64,000 nucleotides of DNA from contig CALBRH010000013.1 in NCBI GenBank assembly GCA_937899865.1, positions 1 to 64,000 of the forward strand, given 5' to 3'. The position numbers and the translations under genes were made by a program. Below are positions 16,163 to 27,020 of the stretch, in pieces (positions within the stretch are counted from its first letter, which is position 1; each line of letters begins with the position of its first letter). Under the pieces are notes generated by a model that was given only the letters and a program-made list of their open reading frames with translations, did no database searches and had not been told where the DNA came from. The DNA comes from an uncultured euryarchaeote (GTDB lineage Archaea; Thermoplasmatota; Poseidoniia; Poseidoniales; Poseidoniaceae).

Positions 16163-19100
16163 TCACAACAAATCATCTAAGAACGAAGTATCGATTTTAG
16201 GCTTAGGGGCTTGATTATTATCATTTAACTCATTCAATAATGCATTGTTTTGTGGCTGTAAAACAGGTTGTTGAGGTTGATAAACAGGCCTTTGATATGG
16301 ATCGCTTGATTCAATTCTTTGTGCAGCAGAATAAATGTCATCTTGTACTTGCGGGGAAATTTGTGGTGGAGGTGCAACAGGTGTAGCAGCACCGAATCCA
16401 GGGGAATCATCCCATCCCATGTCATCTTGAATGCCCCATGTGGCTTCCTGTAATTCCCAACTCTTATCGCGCATTTTCTTATTATTACGGGTTCTTACAA
16501 TTGCGATTAGAAGGAATAATGAGACCAGCAATAATCCAGCAGCCACTAGGTTTGGTGTTGTTAGTAATGATGCGAAATCAGTATCTTCCTTTTGTTCAAT
16601 TGATTCATCGGTACCTGATTTTTCAGGTGGTAAAACCTCAATAGGCTCAACAGCGACACGAGTAGTATAATCATCAAACGGCGATACTGCGACATACCAT
16701 GTAGTTTGATTATCTAATTCTTCGAAAATATCGCTGGTGATTAAGAAATTCGTTGAAGCTAATACCTCGCCTACCTCTACAGCCTCATCAATTGTATCGA
16801 ATGTCTCTTGCAAAATATAAATCTTGTAACCTCGGATTTCGCCTGAATTAATTCCGCTCCAAGATACTAAAATACCATCATCAATCCAATTTGAAGCCAA
16901 GTCTTCAACAGGTGTGATATAATCTCCAGAGTCATCAAAGCCGTCATCAATAGCCTGGCTTGAGGACACTACTAAATCGTCGAGGTAAGCATTTCCTGAG
17001 GTGTCTCTTGCAACTACTGCTGCCCATACTTCAAGCCCCGTTACAACAGGCATATCTCCAGCAACGATCTCAATTAGTAGTGGCAATTCAGGATTCCTAT
17101 CTAAGGTTGCTATCGGAGTAATAGGCCCGCCTCCACCAGGCAATACACTAGTGAATGGGTTTGAAGCAGCATACACTTCATAACTGCCAATATCACTGGC
17201 TTCACTTAATTCAAAGTCAAGCAATAATCCAGTGCCATCGTCATTCGGGCGGTCATAAATATCTACAACAGATAACCTTTCAGGTGGTTCAGTATCAACA
17301 ATATTGTTTATCGGTACTACACTAGCTTGAGGTAAATTGGTTAGGTGAACATTGCCCTTGATATCATGAACAGTTACTGTCACGAATAGCTCTATGTCTG
17401 GTTTGATTAATTGAGGCGTAGACATAGTGATGTCCATCATATTGCTAGGAGGGCTGTAAAGTGCAGTAGAGATTGTCAATTCAATTGGATTCCTATCTTC
17501 ATCAATCCACTGTTTGTTAATCATCAAACAACCACATTTGTCAGGGTCATCACCAAATGCTGCCCATGCGCCGCTTAAATCAGTGACAGGCTGGTCAGCA
17601 ACCCAGACGATATAATGTGAGAAATCATCAGCATCCGAAATGGTCCAAACAACGTCGATTGCAGTACCATCATCATCGGCATGGTCATATGCATTAACTG
17701 ACGCAATTCTATCAGGAGTTCCCCCACTACCAATTGAGTTGCGAAGTGGTGTTGCAGAGACTATATCCACATCCACTAAATCAACATTAAGCCAATCATC
17801 GTAAGCCACTACGGCGAGAAGATATGGTTGGCCGTCTTCGAGAATTAAACCATCATATTCATCAACAATAGCGCTAGTTGTGTCACACTCATCAATGATT
17901 ATTGCTCTAGAGAATCCCTGCTCTTCAAGCGATTGAATCACGGTTAGAGCAGGTAATCCATCATCGAGTTTAACCCAGATAGCATAGAATGTACAATCAT
18001 CAGCAGTACTTTGATCCCAAGTTATGGTTATTCTTCCACCGTCATCATCAGGAGTATCATCCGCTGAAACATTTTCTAATTTTGGTGGCGGAGTCAAATC
18101 ATTTAATCCGCCAGTAGGCACGACTGGACCGATTACTATTGGATTTTGTATATCTTCTTGGTCGGTCAAGTCTACACAAGTTAAGCCAATCCAATATGGT
18201 CTTCCAGGATTGAGTTGAATAATAGTAGTGTTTCCTTCAGTAGGTGGCAATTCAGTGATAGGACTTAGTCCAAGAACATCACTAAATTCTGTGGTTGAAG
18301 CGTATATTTTGGTACTCTTTAAATCTAGAGCAGTACATCTTGCCCATTCTAATTCTACATCACCATCATCCCCTCCTTCATGAGGGCCAGCAATTGCCCA
18401 GATTGGTGATAGTGGGATTTCATTGGTTGGAGCTGCAGGTCCAATTTGTGGCGATGGTGTACCTAATCTTCCATCATCGTATTCAACAACGATGACGGCA
18501 TAATAATCAGTACCGTCAATTAGTGGTTGGCCATTTGCAGTGGTTACTTCACTTTGTAGGCGGCTGTGTAAGGAAATTGATTTGTCAATGGTTCTACCTG
18601 CTAAATCATCAGCAGAGACTGTTGCAGTGCCAGAGCTAGAGGTAAATGGTTGATCATTAAGATAGATTAGATATCTAGAGAAATCATCGTCATGAACCAA
18701 AGTCCACGCCGCATTTAGAGCCCCGCCACCATCGTCAGGTCTGTCAACCAAATTAGTTAGTTGGATTGGCGTTTCCAGTTTGATATAATCGTAGGTAATT
18801 CTTACTTGTAATGAACCATTGGATGGAGCTCTCAAATTCAATTGAACATACTTAGTTCCATTGATTTGTACAGCATTGTTTACAGCAGACTGTAATGTGT
18901 TTGATAACTGTGGGTCATCAGATAAATTGAGTGTCACGTTATATTTCAAACTGTTTGATTGTGCCCAAGTTGCAGCACCACTAACCGGCGATGTAAAGGC
19001 CAGAGGGATACCTTGGAAAGGAATATTGTGAATGCCCGGTGTTCCAGAACTAGCATCTAATACGATTGGATTGTTTAATGCGGCCAACTCAATTTGAACA

Positions 19101-22100
19101 CCTGGGTGAGTGAGGTTGGTAATATCGAGATTTATCAGATTGAAGCCCATATTTAGTGGATCTGCTCTACGCAAGTCGAAGCGTTCTAATGGCGTCCATT
19201 GAGGGTTGTTCATCCAGCCAAACAATCCATCATCATCGGTAGTAATCCATAAGTAATCTTGAGATATAGTGCCACTGCTAATTGTCACATCCGGTATAAC
19301 AAATACCTTGGCTACTGAATGAGTTGGTGTTGTAGCATCCATTATCGTTATGATGTCTCTGCCAATAGCAAGTAACTCATCACCGTTGCTAACCAATTTT
19401 TCAATAGGCCAACTAGGAACTTGGAATGCTGCCGAACCATCTTCGAATTGAGCGGACAATCCGTTCCAGTGAGTCATCGGACCAACATCTGTAGCAATAT
19501 GTAATCCCCACCAATCGCTTGCTATTGCTGTAACAGTATTTGATGGCAATTGATCAAAGCGATGAGTTTGACTTACTAATCCAGTACTGCCGTCGATACT
19601 TGATATTCCGGGTCTTTCACTACCTGCACCGTCATGGCTGACATGAATTTGGCTATTTCCAACATTATCGGTGGTTTTTATCAAGCCCCAAGAAGAAGTC
19701 CCTAGCATTCCATTAGCACTCGTTAAAACATTGGCTGAATTCGTAATCGTGTCCATTTGGGCTAATCCTAGTGGCGTTGCTATCCAAAGATTTGAAGAAT
19801 CATAGAGTAAGTCTTGTATTATGTTTGATGGCAAGCCATCAGTTGTTGTAAGCGGATTTAACCAATCATTGGTTTGTAATGACCATCTACCAACTCCTCC
19901 ATTTGTAGCGATGTAGACTACATCTGCAGATGCTTCAATTGCATTTACTATGTTTGAAGGTAGTCCTGCGAGTAACCTACCGTTGCCGAATGTATTGGTT
20001 ACAGTGTCATAAACTTGCACACCAGCGGAAGAACCAAAATTACCTTGTAAACCAATAATTAAATCGGTTCCAACAAGTTTTATTCCATCCATATTATTGT
20101 GCAATGCGCCATTGATAGGTGTCAAAGTTGCAGTAACAGTATCCAACATCATGAGTCCTGATGGAGAAGTAGCGATGTAAAGGTCAGTTCCAACCAATTC
20201 CAAATCTTTAGCCTGTGAGTTTGCCGGTAAGGTCCACCCTTGTTGCCATATTACTGTCCCATCCGCTTGTCTTTCCCCTTGGAGAATACCAGCACCGGTT
20301 GACTGGCCAAATCCGACATTCTCGCCAATCGTTGTTACCCACAAGTGAGTAGAATTACCAGTCATGGTTGTTACTTGGCCACTTACTAGTCCAGGTAATG
20401 TTTGAATGGTATTTTGTCCCAAATTATCTAGATGATCAACACGACTGTACCCTGACGAGCCACCAGCTTGTCCAAGAAGCCAGCCTGTGCCAGACCATTG
20501 GAAAGATGTGACAGATGAGCCTTGAGCGTTGGAATTAACCTGGCTTGTTATTGCTCCTGTGGTTGTAATAACGGAATATCCCCCGCCAATGACATTTGGA
20601 CCCGATTGACCAAGTCCATGGCCAACAATTAGTTCCCCATTGGCATAATCAATAGCATCCCACCAGATCCTGTCACTTGGTAAATTGTGAGTTTGAGTAG
20701 TGATGTCTGACAAGAATAATCCCGAGTTCATATTGTATTTTCTTATTGGTTCTTCATCTTCATAGAATGTAACGTAGAGGGTATCTGTTGAATCATCACA
20801 TGCAACACCTGAAACCTCACCTTGACCGAGTGATGCTTGAGTCAGGGTATTTACGATAGTAGATGTTGCAAGGTCAAGTTGCTCGACACCACCATTATTA
20901 TTGTAAATACCCACATTCAACAGGCCGCCACAATAAGACATAGTAATTGGATAGCCATTTTGGATTCCATTCTGTCCGCCTTGAGTGAAAACATTCCAAT
21001 TAGCCCCATCCCAGTGAGAGATAGCTCCACCTTGGAATCCTTGCCAACTTTGCCCGTCACCGCCGCCTAAAACTAAGTCGACGCCATTTGTCCAAAGCTC
21101 GTAGAATTCACTCCCTGAATTGCCGGGCAATCCATTATTTTCTTCCCATGTCGATAACCAAGCATCATTTACTCGATCATATCTAGCAACACCATCTTCT
21201 GTGGCAAATAACACCTCATTATTGTATTCGACAATTTCTCGAATAGGGAAATCTAAACCGTCATCATCATTCCAAGAATCAACAAAATTGCCTGACGAAT
21301 CATATAGGTCCAAACGCAATTCGCCCCATGATACCCACATGTCTCCATTACTGGATTCATAAGCCGTAACCCTGTCTACTTGGCCACTCGGCTCGATATT
21401 TTCACCCCAATCATCGTTGGTAATGTCCCATTGTGCAATACCTCCTCGACCGTCATAATAATTTGGAAAACCACCGTTTGATGCTACGCTTGCCATAATT
21501 ACTCCATCAATTAACCCCATGCCCCACGCGGGTCCGCTGTTATCATCGAGTTGTATCCCTGCGTCAATATTGGATAGTTCTTGGAAGTTTACCACATCTA
21601 TCCGATAGACACTATTACTATCATCGCCTTGATGATAATACATAACACCATTATAGATTACCATTTGATATGGTTCCCCATTACCCAAATACAAATCATC
21701 ATTTTTCTCAATATCATAAACTTCTGCTCCGGTTGTAACATCAATAAGTTGGAATCCATCTTCGCCACCAATCCATAGTTGGTTGGGGTTGATATCAGCG
21801 ACTAGGCCGGTAACATCTTGATTGCCAGGGTCAAGAATTGCATTGCCTGATGGTGAGTTGCTGTATTCAGTCCATGTAGGCAACCAAGAATTGGTTGAAA
21901 TCTCATATCTTGCTATGCCGATTCCGTTCAGTCCGATATAGGCAATATCCCCAATCACTTCTATTGGAGCATTGTCGGTATCCTCTCCTGCCTCCCATGT
22001 ATCAACTACATCAAATGGATTCACTGTTAGAATTCCAACACCATCGTTTGTGCCTCCGTAAATTCTGGAACCATCGGTGCCGACAGAGCGAGTTTGCCAA

Positions 22101-24514
22101 TCTGGCATGCCATCATTAGCATTGATACAATCATCTACTTGCACAGTGCTGGTTGGATATTTACAAACTCCTCTATCGGTTCCTACGTATATGTCGTTGC
22201 CGAGTAATACGAAATCAAAGAAAGTATCCGGATTAGTTACCCAACTACCGCCTCTCCCTTGGAAATCAATAGCCTGTGAACCATCCCACTTCACCGCACC
22301 ATCTTCGCCCCCGATGAATAGATTTGAGCCATCAGAAATCATCGCGTATACTATGTCAGAAGCTAAAATATCTAAGCCAGAATTCCCGCTACCTGATTCA
22401 GTTAATGGTAGTAATATCTCGCCAGTAACTAGGTCTTTTCTTACTACTCCATAACCAGGCAATCCCATATGTAAAATGTCATCGAAAACAGCGAGAGGCA
22501 CCTCATCGGCACTATTAATTCCTGTTGATCCCCAAGGAGCAAGGAATGTTTCATTAGCCAAGTCAAATCTTGCTAATCCAATATCAATCGTTGCGATATA
22601 TGCAATGTTTCCGTAAGTGACAACATCTGTCAATCCACTGGAAGTAAGTTGATTTGAAGAGTCATAAACTGATATTGAATTTGTTGATGTATCAATAACT
22701 GAAATAGCGGTATTGGAATTGATAGTCACCAAGTCATCATTATTCACCGCAATGCGTTGAACAGAATTTGATGCTAAACCATCGCCAGCATCCCATGTTT
22801 GCAAAATTGTGCCATTTTGACTCATCTTATGAGCGCCAGTTGTTTCACCAGCAATGTAAATATATGTGCCATCAGTAATCAATTGATTAACTTCATCGCC
22901 GATTAGTTTAGGAGTTAACCACCTAGATTGTTGATTATCGAATCTATTCATGATTCCATCAGCTGCAACATATAGTACTCCATTTAATTCAACAGCGTCA
23001 TCCATATCTCCCGATGTAGGGCCGCTAGCAAGTAACATATTTCCAACATATGGCGGAGCGGCTACAGTATCAAAAATCGCTAAGTCTCCGCCACCGTCAC
23101 TAATCATTATGAGTTCATTTGCAGGAGAACGAACACCAATATTAGGCCATACAACCAGTTTTTCACCCTCACCCACTAGGCCAAAATCTTGTAGGTCATA
23201 GTTTTGTAGAAATACACCATTTTGCGTGTTATAAGTTTGTAATGAATTGCCATTTAGAATTGCCATTATATTGTTTGATACTACGACATCAGAAACATCA
23301 TTTGATGTCAACCAATTGTTGGCTGTCCATGTCGATAGCCAAAAACCAGTATTCCAGTCATACCTTGCCAGACCAGCATCTTCGGAACTCATCAATATTT
23401 GATTTCCTGTGGTATAAAACGAGGTTACAGAATCACTGTGAAGATTATTTGCTGTAGTCCATTTACTTAGCCTTGAACTACTAGCCATATCCCATCTCTC
23501 TATTCCATCTCCTTCTGAAGAGAAATAGAGTATGCCGTTAACTTCTGTAATATCCAATCCTTTACCATCTTGTGATTTGAAAAATGCATTATTCCAGTCT
23601 ACGCCATCAAATACAGCAACTCTATCCGAAGACAATGCGTATGGAGTGCCATCACTAGCAACGATGAATTGGTCAAATTGTACAAATTCGATAGTATCTA
23701 AATCAAAAACAGTTTCCGGAAGAGGTGTCAATTCTGCCGTGTTGACAAGCGAAAGAGCATGGAAATAATTGTCATCTGTCAAAATATGAAGAGCCAGGTT
23801 TGCAGCATCAATTTCCAAATCGACAATTGAATTTGCATCATCAAAGGTAATTAGATCAATGATTTTTGGGTCGTTGTTGTAATCGATAATTAACAAACTA
23901 TTGCTAATTGCCAAGTATAATCGTCCATCAACAAAATGAATCGCATAATCACTAATTTCCAAATCAACAGGCTCGAAGGTTACTGCAGGGTCAACAGGTG
24001 CTAAAGCCTCGATTACCAAATCATTAATCTCGGCACCAGATGGCAAAGTCCAGTATGCGCCGGATTCACTGTTAGGAGATAATCTGCCTGAATGGGGATT
24101 GTTACTAGTGAAAGAATCACTCGATCCAAGCATACCAAGTCCCGACCAATCAAATAGATTGATTCCAACATCACTGGCAGTTATGATTGGCTCTTCGATA
24201 AGTAAACCATCACTACCATTGACTCTAACTTCCATTGTAACATTTGATAATGATGCACCGGGGGCAAACTCTAGACCCCAATTTGCACTTGCCTGTAAAC
24301 CAAGCACAGGGTCGCCACCAACCGCGTCTAATTGGACCCATCCAGTGTCATTACTTGCCTGTTTAGGCCAGACAGTCCCATTGTCGGTTATATGAGCAGA
24401 AACAGGGGCAACAATCAGCAGTGGACTAAGTGAAGTCATCACCATCAAAGTAGTCAAAACAATTGCTTTGCGCGCCTTACTTAGGACATTCGCAGCACTT
24501 GCCATACTGTTCAT
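16163..24514 (-). CDS. Giant (~2780 aa) secreted, C-terminally anchored surface protein with beta-propeller and Fn3-like repeats
   Basis: Signal peptide (KARKAIVLTTLMV...PVSAH); many propeller-type repeats (TTANNLHSD, TTTDGLPSN, GVARYD); DxPDDxG-initiated Fn3-like units; one TM helix; P/Q-rich tail. The track's TTG start at 24568 is probably too early. Confidence 0.85.
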   Translation of the reverse strand: MNSMASAANVLSKARKAIVLTTLMVMTSLSPLLIVAPVSAHITDNGTVWPKQASNDTGWVQLDAVGGDPVLGLQASANWGLEFAPGASLSNVTMEVRVNGSDGLLIEEPIITASDVGINLFDWSGLGMLGSSDSFTSNNPHSGRLSPNSESGAYWTLPSGAEINDLVIEALAPVDPAVTFEPVDLEISDYAIHFVDGRLYLAISNSLLIIDYNNDPKIIDLITFDDANSIVDLEIDAANLALHILTDDNYFHALSLVNTAELTPLPETVFDLDTIEFVQFDQFIVASDGTPYALSSDRVAVFDGVDWNNAFFKSQDGKGLDITEVNGILYFSSEGDGIERWDMASSSRLSKWTTANNLHSDSVTSFYTTGNQILMSSEDAGLARYDWNTGFWLSTWTANNWLTSNDVSDVVVSNNIMAILNGNSLQTYNTQNGVFLQNYDLQDFGLVGEGEKLVVWPNIGVRSPANELIMISDGGGDLAIFDTVAAPPYVGNMLLASGPTSGDMDDAVELNGVLYVAADGIMNRFDNQQSRWLTPKLIGDEVNQLITDGTYIYIAGETTGAHKMSQNGTILQTWDAGDGLASNSVQRIAVNNDDLVTINSNTAISVIDTSTNSISVYDSSNQLTSSGLTDVVTYGNIAYIATIDIGLARFDLANETFLAPWGSTGINSADEVPLAVFDDILHMGLPGYGVVRKDLVTGEILLPLTESGSGNSGLDILASDIVYAMISDGSNLFIGGEDGAVKWDGSQAIDFQGRGGSWVTNPDTFFDFVLLGNDIYVGTDRGVCKYPTSTVQVDDCINANDGMPDWQTRSVGTDGSRIYGGTNDGVGILTVNPFDVVDTWEAGEDTDNAPIEVIGDIAYIGLNGIGIARYEISTNSWLPTWTEYSNSPSGNAILDPGNQDVTGLVADINPNQLWIGGEDGFQLIDVTTGAEVYDIEKNDDLYLGNGEPYQMVIYNGVMYYHQGDDSNSVYRIDVVNFQELSNIDAGIQLDDNSGPAWGMGLIDGVIMASVASNGGFPNYYDGRGGIAQWDITNDDWGENIEPSGQVDRVTAYESSNGDMWVSWGELRLDLYDSSGNFVDSWNDDDGLDFPIREIVEYNNEVLFATEDGVARYDRVNDAWLSTWEENNGLPGNSGSEFYELWTNGVDLVLGGGDGQSWQGFQGGAISHWDGANWNVFTQGGQNGIQNGYPITMSYCGGLLNVGIYNNNGGVEQLDLATSTIVNTLTQASLGQGEVSGVACDDSTDTLYVTFYEDEEPIRKYNMNSGLFLSDITTQTHNLPSDRIWWDAIDYANGELIVGHGLGQSGPNVIGGGYSVITTTGAITSQVNSNAQGSSVTSFQWSGTGWLLGQAGGSSGYSRVDHLDNLGQNTIQTLPGLVSGQVTTMTGNSTHLWVTTIGENVGFGQSTGAGILQGERQADGTVIWQQGWTLPANSQAKDLELVGTDLYIATSPSGLMMLDTVTATLTPINGALHNNMDGIKLVGTDLIIGLQGNFGSSAGVQVYDTVTNTFGNGRLLAGLPSNIVNAIEASADVVYIATNGGVGRWSLQTNDWLNPLTTTDGLPSNIIQDLLYDSSNLWIATPLGLAQMDTITNSANVLTSANGMLGTSSWGLIKTTDNVGNSQIHVSHDGAGSERPGISSIDGSTGLVSQTHRFDQLPSNTVTAIASDWWGLHIATDVGPMTHWNGLSAQFEDGSAAFQVPSWPIEKLVSNGDELLAIGRDIITIMDATTPTHSVAKVFVIPDVTISSGTISQDYLWITTDDDGLFGWMNNPQWTPLERFDLRRADPLNMGFNLINLDITNLTHPGVQIELAALNNPIVLDASSGTPGIHNIPFQGIPLAFTSPVSGAATWAQSNSLKYNVTLNLSDDPQLSNTLQSAVNNAVQINGTKYVQLNLRAPSNGSLQVRITYDYIKLETPIQLTNLVDRPDDGGGALNAAWTLVHDDDFSRYLIYLNDQPFTSSSGTATVSADDLAGRTIDKSISLHSRLQSEVTTANGQPLIDGTDYYAVIVVEYDDGRLGTPSPQIGPAAPTNEIPLSPIWAIAGPHEGGDDGDVELEWARCTALDLKSTKIYASTTEFSDVLGLSPITELPPTEGNTTIIQLNPGRPYWIGLTCVDLTDQEDIQNPIVIGPVVPTGGLNDLTPPPKLENVSADDTPDDDGGRITITWDQSTADDCTFYAIWVKLDDGLPALTVIQSLEEQGFSRAIIIDECDTTSAIVDEYDGLILEDGQPYLLAVVAYDDWLNVDLVDVDIVSATPLRNSIGSGGTPDRIASVNAYDHADDDGTAIDVVWTISDADDFSHYIVWVADQPVTDLSGAWAAFGDDPDKCGCLMINKQWIDEDRNPIELTISTALYSPPSNMMDITMSTPQLIKPDIELFVTVTVHDIKGNVHLTNLPQASVVPINNIVDTEPPERLSVVDIYDRPNDDGTGLLLDFELSEASDIGSYEVYAASNPFTSVLPGGGGPITPIATLDRNPELPLLIEIVAGDMPVVTGLEVWAAVVARDTSGNAYLDDLVVSSSQAIDDGFDDSGDYITPVEDLASNWIDDGILVSWSGINSGEIRGYKIYILQETFDTIDEAVEVGEVLASTNFLITSDIFEELDNQTTWYVAVSPFDDYTTRVAVEPIEVLPPEKSGTDESIEQKEDTDFASLLTTPNLVAAGLLLVSLFLLIAIVRTRNNKKMRDKSWELQEATWGIQDDMGWDDSPGFGAATPVAPPPQISPQVQDDIYSAAQRIESSDPYQRPVYQPQQPVLQPQNNALLNELNDNNQAPKPKIDTSFLDDLL

Positions 24515-24650
24515 CAGTATATTGGCGCATCTTACACTATTTGAACGCGGCCCTCGTTCGTTCAGCAAAGTATCATTTAATCGCTGTCCAAAAAACCTAA
24601 CAAAATCACTACCATGCCAGTAAATTCACCCCAAACAATCAAACATTGAA

Positions 24651-26999
24651 TTGAATTTCGAGGTTTTGGAAGTGACCACTTTGGAAGACCGAAGAGAGCG
24701 ACAACTCAAGAAAGAAGCTCTTGATTATCATGAAGCTAAACCTCATGGCAAAATCAAGGTTGTACCAACTAAACCTCATTCTACTGCGCATGAACTAAGT
24801 TTGGCATATTCGCCTGGAGTCGCATATCCCTGTTTAGAGATTGCAGAAAAACCAGAAACTGCGTATAAATATACTTCAAAAGCCAATTTAGTTGCTGTAA
24901 TTTCTAATGGAACTGCAGTATTAGGACTAGGCAATATTGGTCCATTGGCAAGTAAACCCGTCATGGAAGGCAAAGGTTTGTTGTTGAAAACTTTCGCAGA
25001 TATCGATGTGTTTGATATTGAGGTTGATACCGAAGACACAGAATCATTTATCCAAACAGTAGTCAATATTGCTAAGACATTTGGTGGAATAAATTTAGAA
25101 GATATCAAAGCACCAGAATGTTTTGAAATCGAGAGAAGAATTGCCGAAGAAACAGATATCCCAGTGATGCACGATGATCAGCATGGTACAGCAATAATTT
25201 CTGGTGCGGCATTAATCAATGCCGTAGAACTTCAAGGTAAGCAATTAGACGAGGTAAAAGTAGTAGTTATTGGGGCAGGGGCATCAGCGATTGCTTGTGC
25301 CAATCATTATGTGGCGCTTGGCGTGACAAGAGAAAACATCAAAATGATAGATAGCAAGGGTATTTTGACTAAGAAACGTTTGTTAAATAATGAGTTAAAT
25401 GAGTATAAAGCAGATTTTGCGCATGATATTCCAGAAGGCGATTTGTCTGCAGCTATGGAAGGAGCAGATGTTTTACTCGGTTTGTCAAAAGGAGGTTTGG
25501 TTTCCAAAGAAATGATTGCTAGTATGGCTGCAAAGCCAATAATTTTTGCTTTAGCCAACCCTACTCCCGAAATAACACCCGAAGAAGTTGCAGAGGTCAG
25601 AGATGATGCAATAATGGCTACTGGAAGGTCAGACTATCCTAATCAAGTCAACAATGTCCTTGGTTTCCCATATATTTTCCGAGGTGCCTTAGATGTTAGG
25701 GCAACCGATATTACTCAAAATATGAAGATGGCTGCAACTAAGGCATTAGCAGAGTTGGCAAAAGAACCGGTTCCAGATTATATCTCCGAGGCTTATGATG
25801 GAGCAACAATGCAATTTGGCCCAGAGTATATTATTCCAAAACCGTTTGACCGCAGGGTTTTGATTTGGGAGGCATCTGCCGTTGCTCAAGCAGCGGTTGA
25901 TGAAGGAATAACCCAAGTTAGTAAAGATGAATTTTCAATTTCTCTATATCGTGAAGAATTAGAATCCCGATTAGGCTTATCCTACTCAATTATGAGACAT
26001 ATGATCAATCAAGTTAGGGGCCGTGGTAAACGCATAGTTTTCCCCGAAGGAGATAATGAGAAAGTAATCAGAGCTGCTGCGCAATTGGTTGAGCAAAAAA
26101 TTTGTCACCCTATTTTATTGGGTTCTAAAGAAAGAATAGATTCAATGGTTGAAGAACTCAATCTTAATTTTGCTTATGATGCATTTGATCCACGATATGA
26201 TGACAGGAGGAAAATGGTTTACGCTCCAGCATTATTCAATCGTCGTCAGCGTAAAGGCATGACACTCGAGGATGCCGAAAGACTACTGAAAAGCCGGCCA
26301 TATTTTGCTAGTCAGATGGTTGCAAGCGGAGATGCAGATGGTTTTGTAGGTGGTGTAAGTAGAAATTATGCCGATGTTTTGAGACCTACAATAGAAGTTA
26401 TTGGCTCAGATACTTCTGCTCATTGTGTAATCGGCTGTTATATGGTCAACGTCAAGGGTAAGACGATATTTTTAGCAGATGCAACAGTAAATGTCTACCC
26501 AGATAGCCCAACATTGGCTGAAATTGCTATTCAAACAGCCAAGATTGCAAGAAGATTCGGAGTAAATCCGAAAGTAGCTATGCTATCCTTCTCCAATTTT
26601 GGTAGTACTCGAGCACAACGTTCGACACGAATTGAAGAAGCAGTTGAACTTGCTAGAGAAATCGATCCTACATTGATAATTGATGGACCGATGCAAGCCG
26701 ATACCGCACTAAACCCCTCTGTACAATCAGATTATCCGTTTATGAATTTCCAAGGCCCAGCAAATGTATTGGTCTTACCAAATCTTGCTGCTGCTAATAT
26801 TGCTTACAAATTACTTGAGGAACTGGGTGGCGCAGAAATGACCGGCCCAATTCTTGAAGGTATGGACAAACCGGTTCAACTTGTTGCTCGCTCAGACGGG
26901 GTAAGACATATTGTCAATATGGCAACAATATGTGCAGCTGACGCGATTAGACAGGATTCATATTGGGAAACGCTGGCTGCAAAGCCAATAGATGAGTGA
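24651..26999 (+). CDS. maeB: NADP-dependent malic enzyme fused to a phosphotransacetylase-like domain
   Basis: LSLAYSPGVA, ISNGTAVLGLG, SKPVMEGK, NLEDIKAPECF, HDDQHGT, ATGRSDYPNQVNN, then IVFPEG and DGPMQADTA. Confidence 0.95.
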   Translation: MNFEVLEVTTLEDRRERQLKKEALDYHEAKPHGKIKVVPTKPHSTAHELSLAYSPGVAYPCLEIAEKPETAYKYTSKANLVAVISNGTAVLGLGNIGPLASKPVMEGKGLLLKTFADIDVFDIEVDTEDTESFIQTVVNIAKTFGGINLEDIKAPECFEIERRIAEETDIPVMHDDQHGTAIISGAALINAVELQGKQLDEVKVVVIGAGASAIACANHYVALGVTRENIKMIDSKGILTKKRLLNNELNEYKADFAHDIPEGDLSAAMEGADVLLGLSKGGLVSKEMIASMAAKPIIFALANPTPEITPEEVAEVRDDAIMATGRSDYPNQVNNVLGFPYIFRGALDVRATDITQNMKMAATKALAELAKEPVPDYISEAYDGATMQFGPEYIIPKPFDRRVLIWEASAVAQAAVDEGITQVSKDEFSISLYREELESRLGLSYSIMRHMINQVRGRGKRIVFPEGDNEKVIRAAAQLVEQKICHPILLGSKERIDSMVEELNLNFAYDAFDPRYDDRRKMVYAPALFNRRQRKGMTLEDAERLLKSRPYFASQMVASGDADGFVGGVSRNYADVLRPTIEVIGSDTSAHCVIGCYMVNVKGKTIFLADATVNVYPDSPTLAEIAIQTAKIARRFGVNPKVAMLSFSNFGSTRAQRSTRIEEAVELAREIDPTLIIDGPMQADTALNPSVQSDYPFMNFQGPANVLVLPNLAAANIAYKLLEELGGAEMTGPILEGMDKPVQLVARSDGVRHIVNMATICAADAIRQDSYWETLAAKPIDE

Positions 27000-27020
27000 T
27001 ATAATCAAAATTTAGATTGA

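Noticed and set aside
16163-24514. DNA-level tandem repeats or phase-variation tract in the giant surface gene
   Set aside because: Repeats are visible only at the protein-motif level; I saw no long identical nucleotide repeats, homopolymer switch or frameshift.
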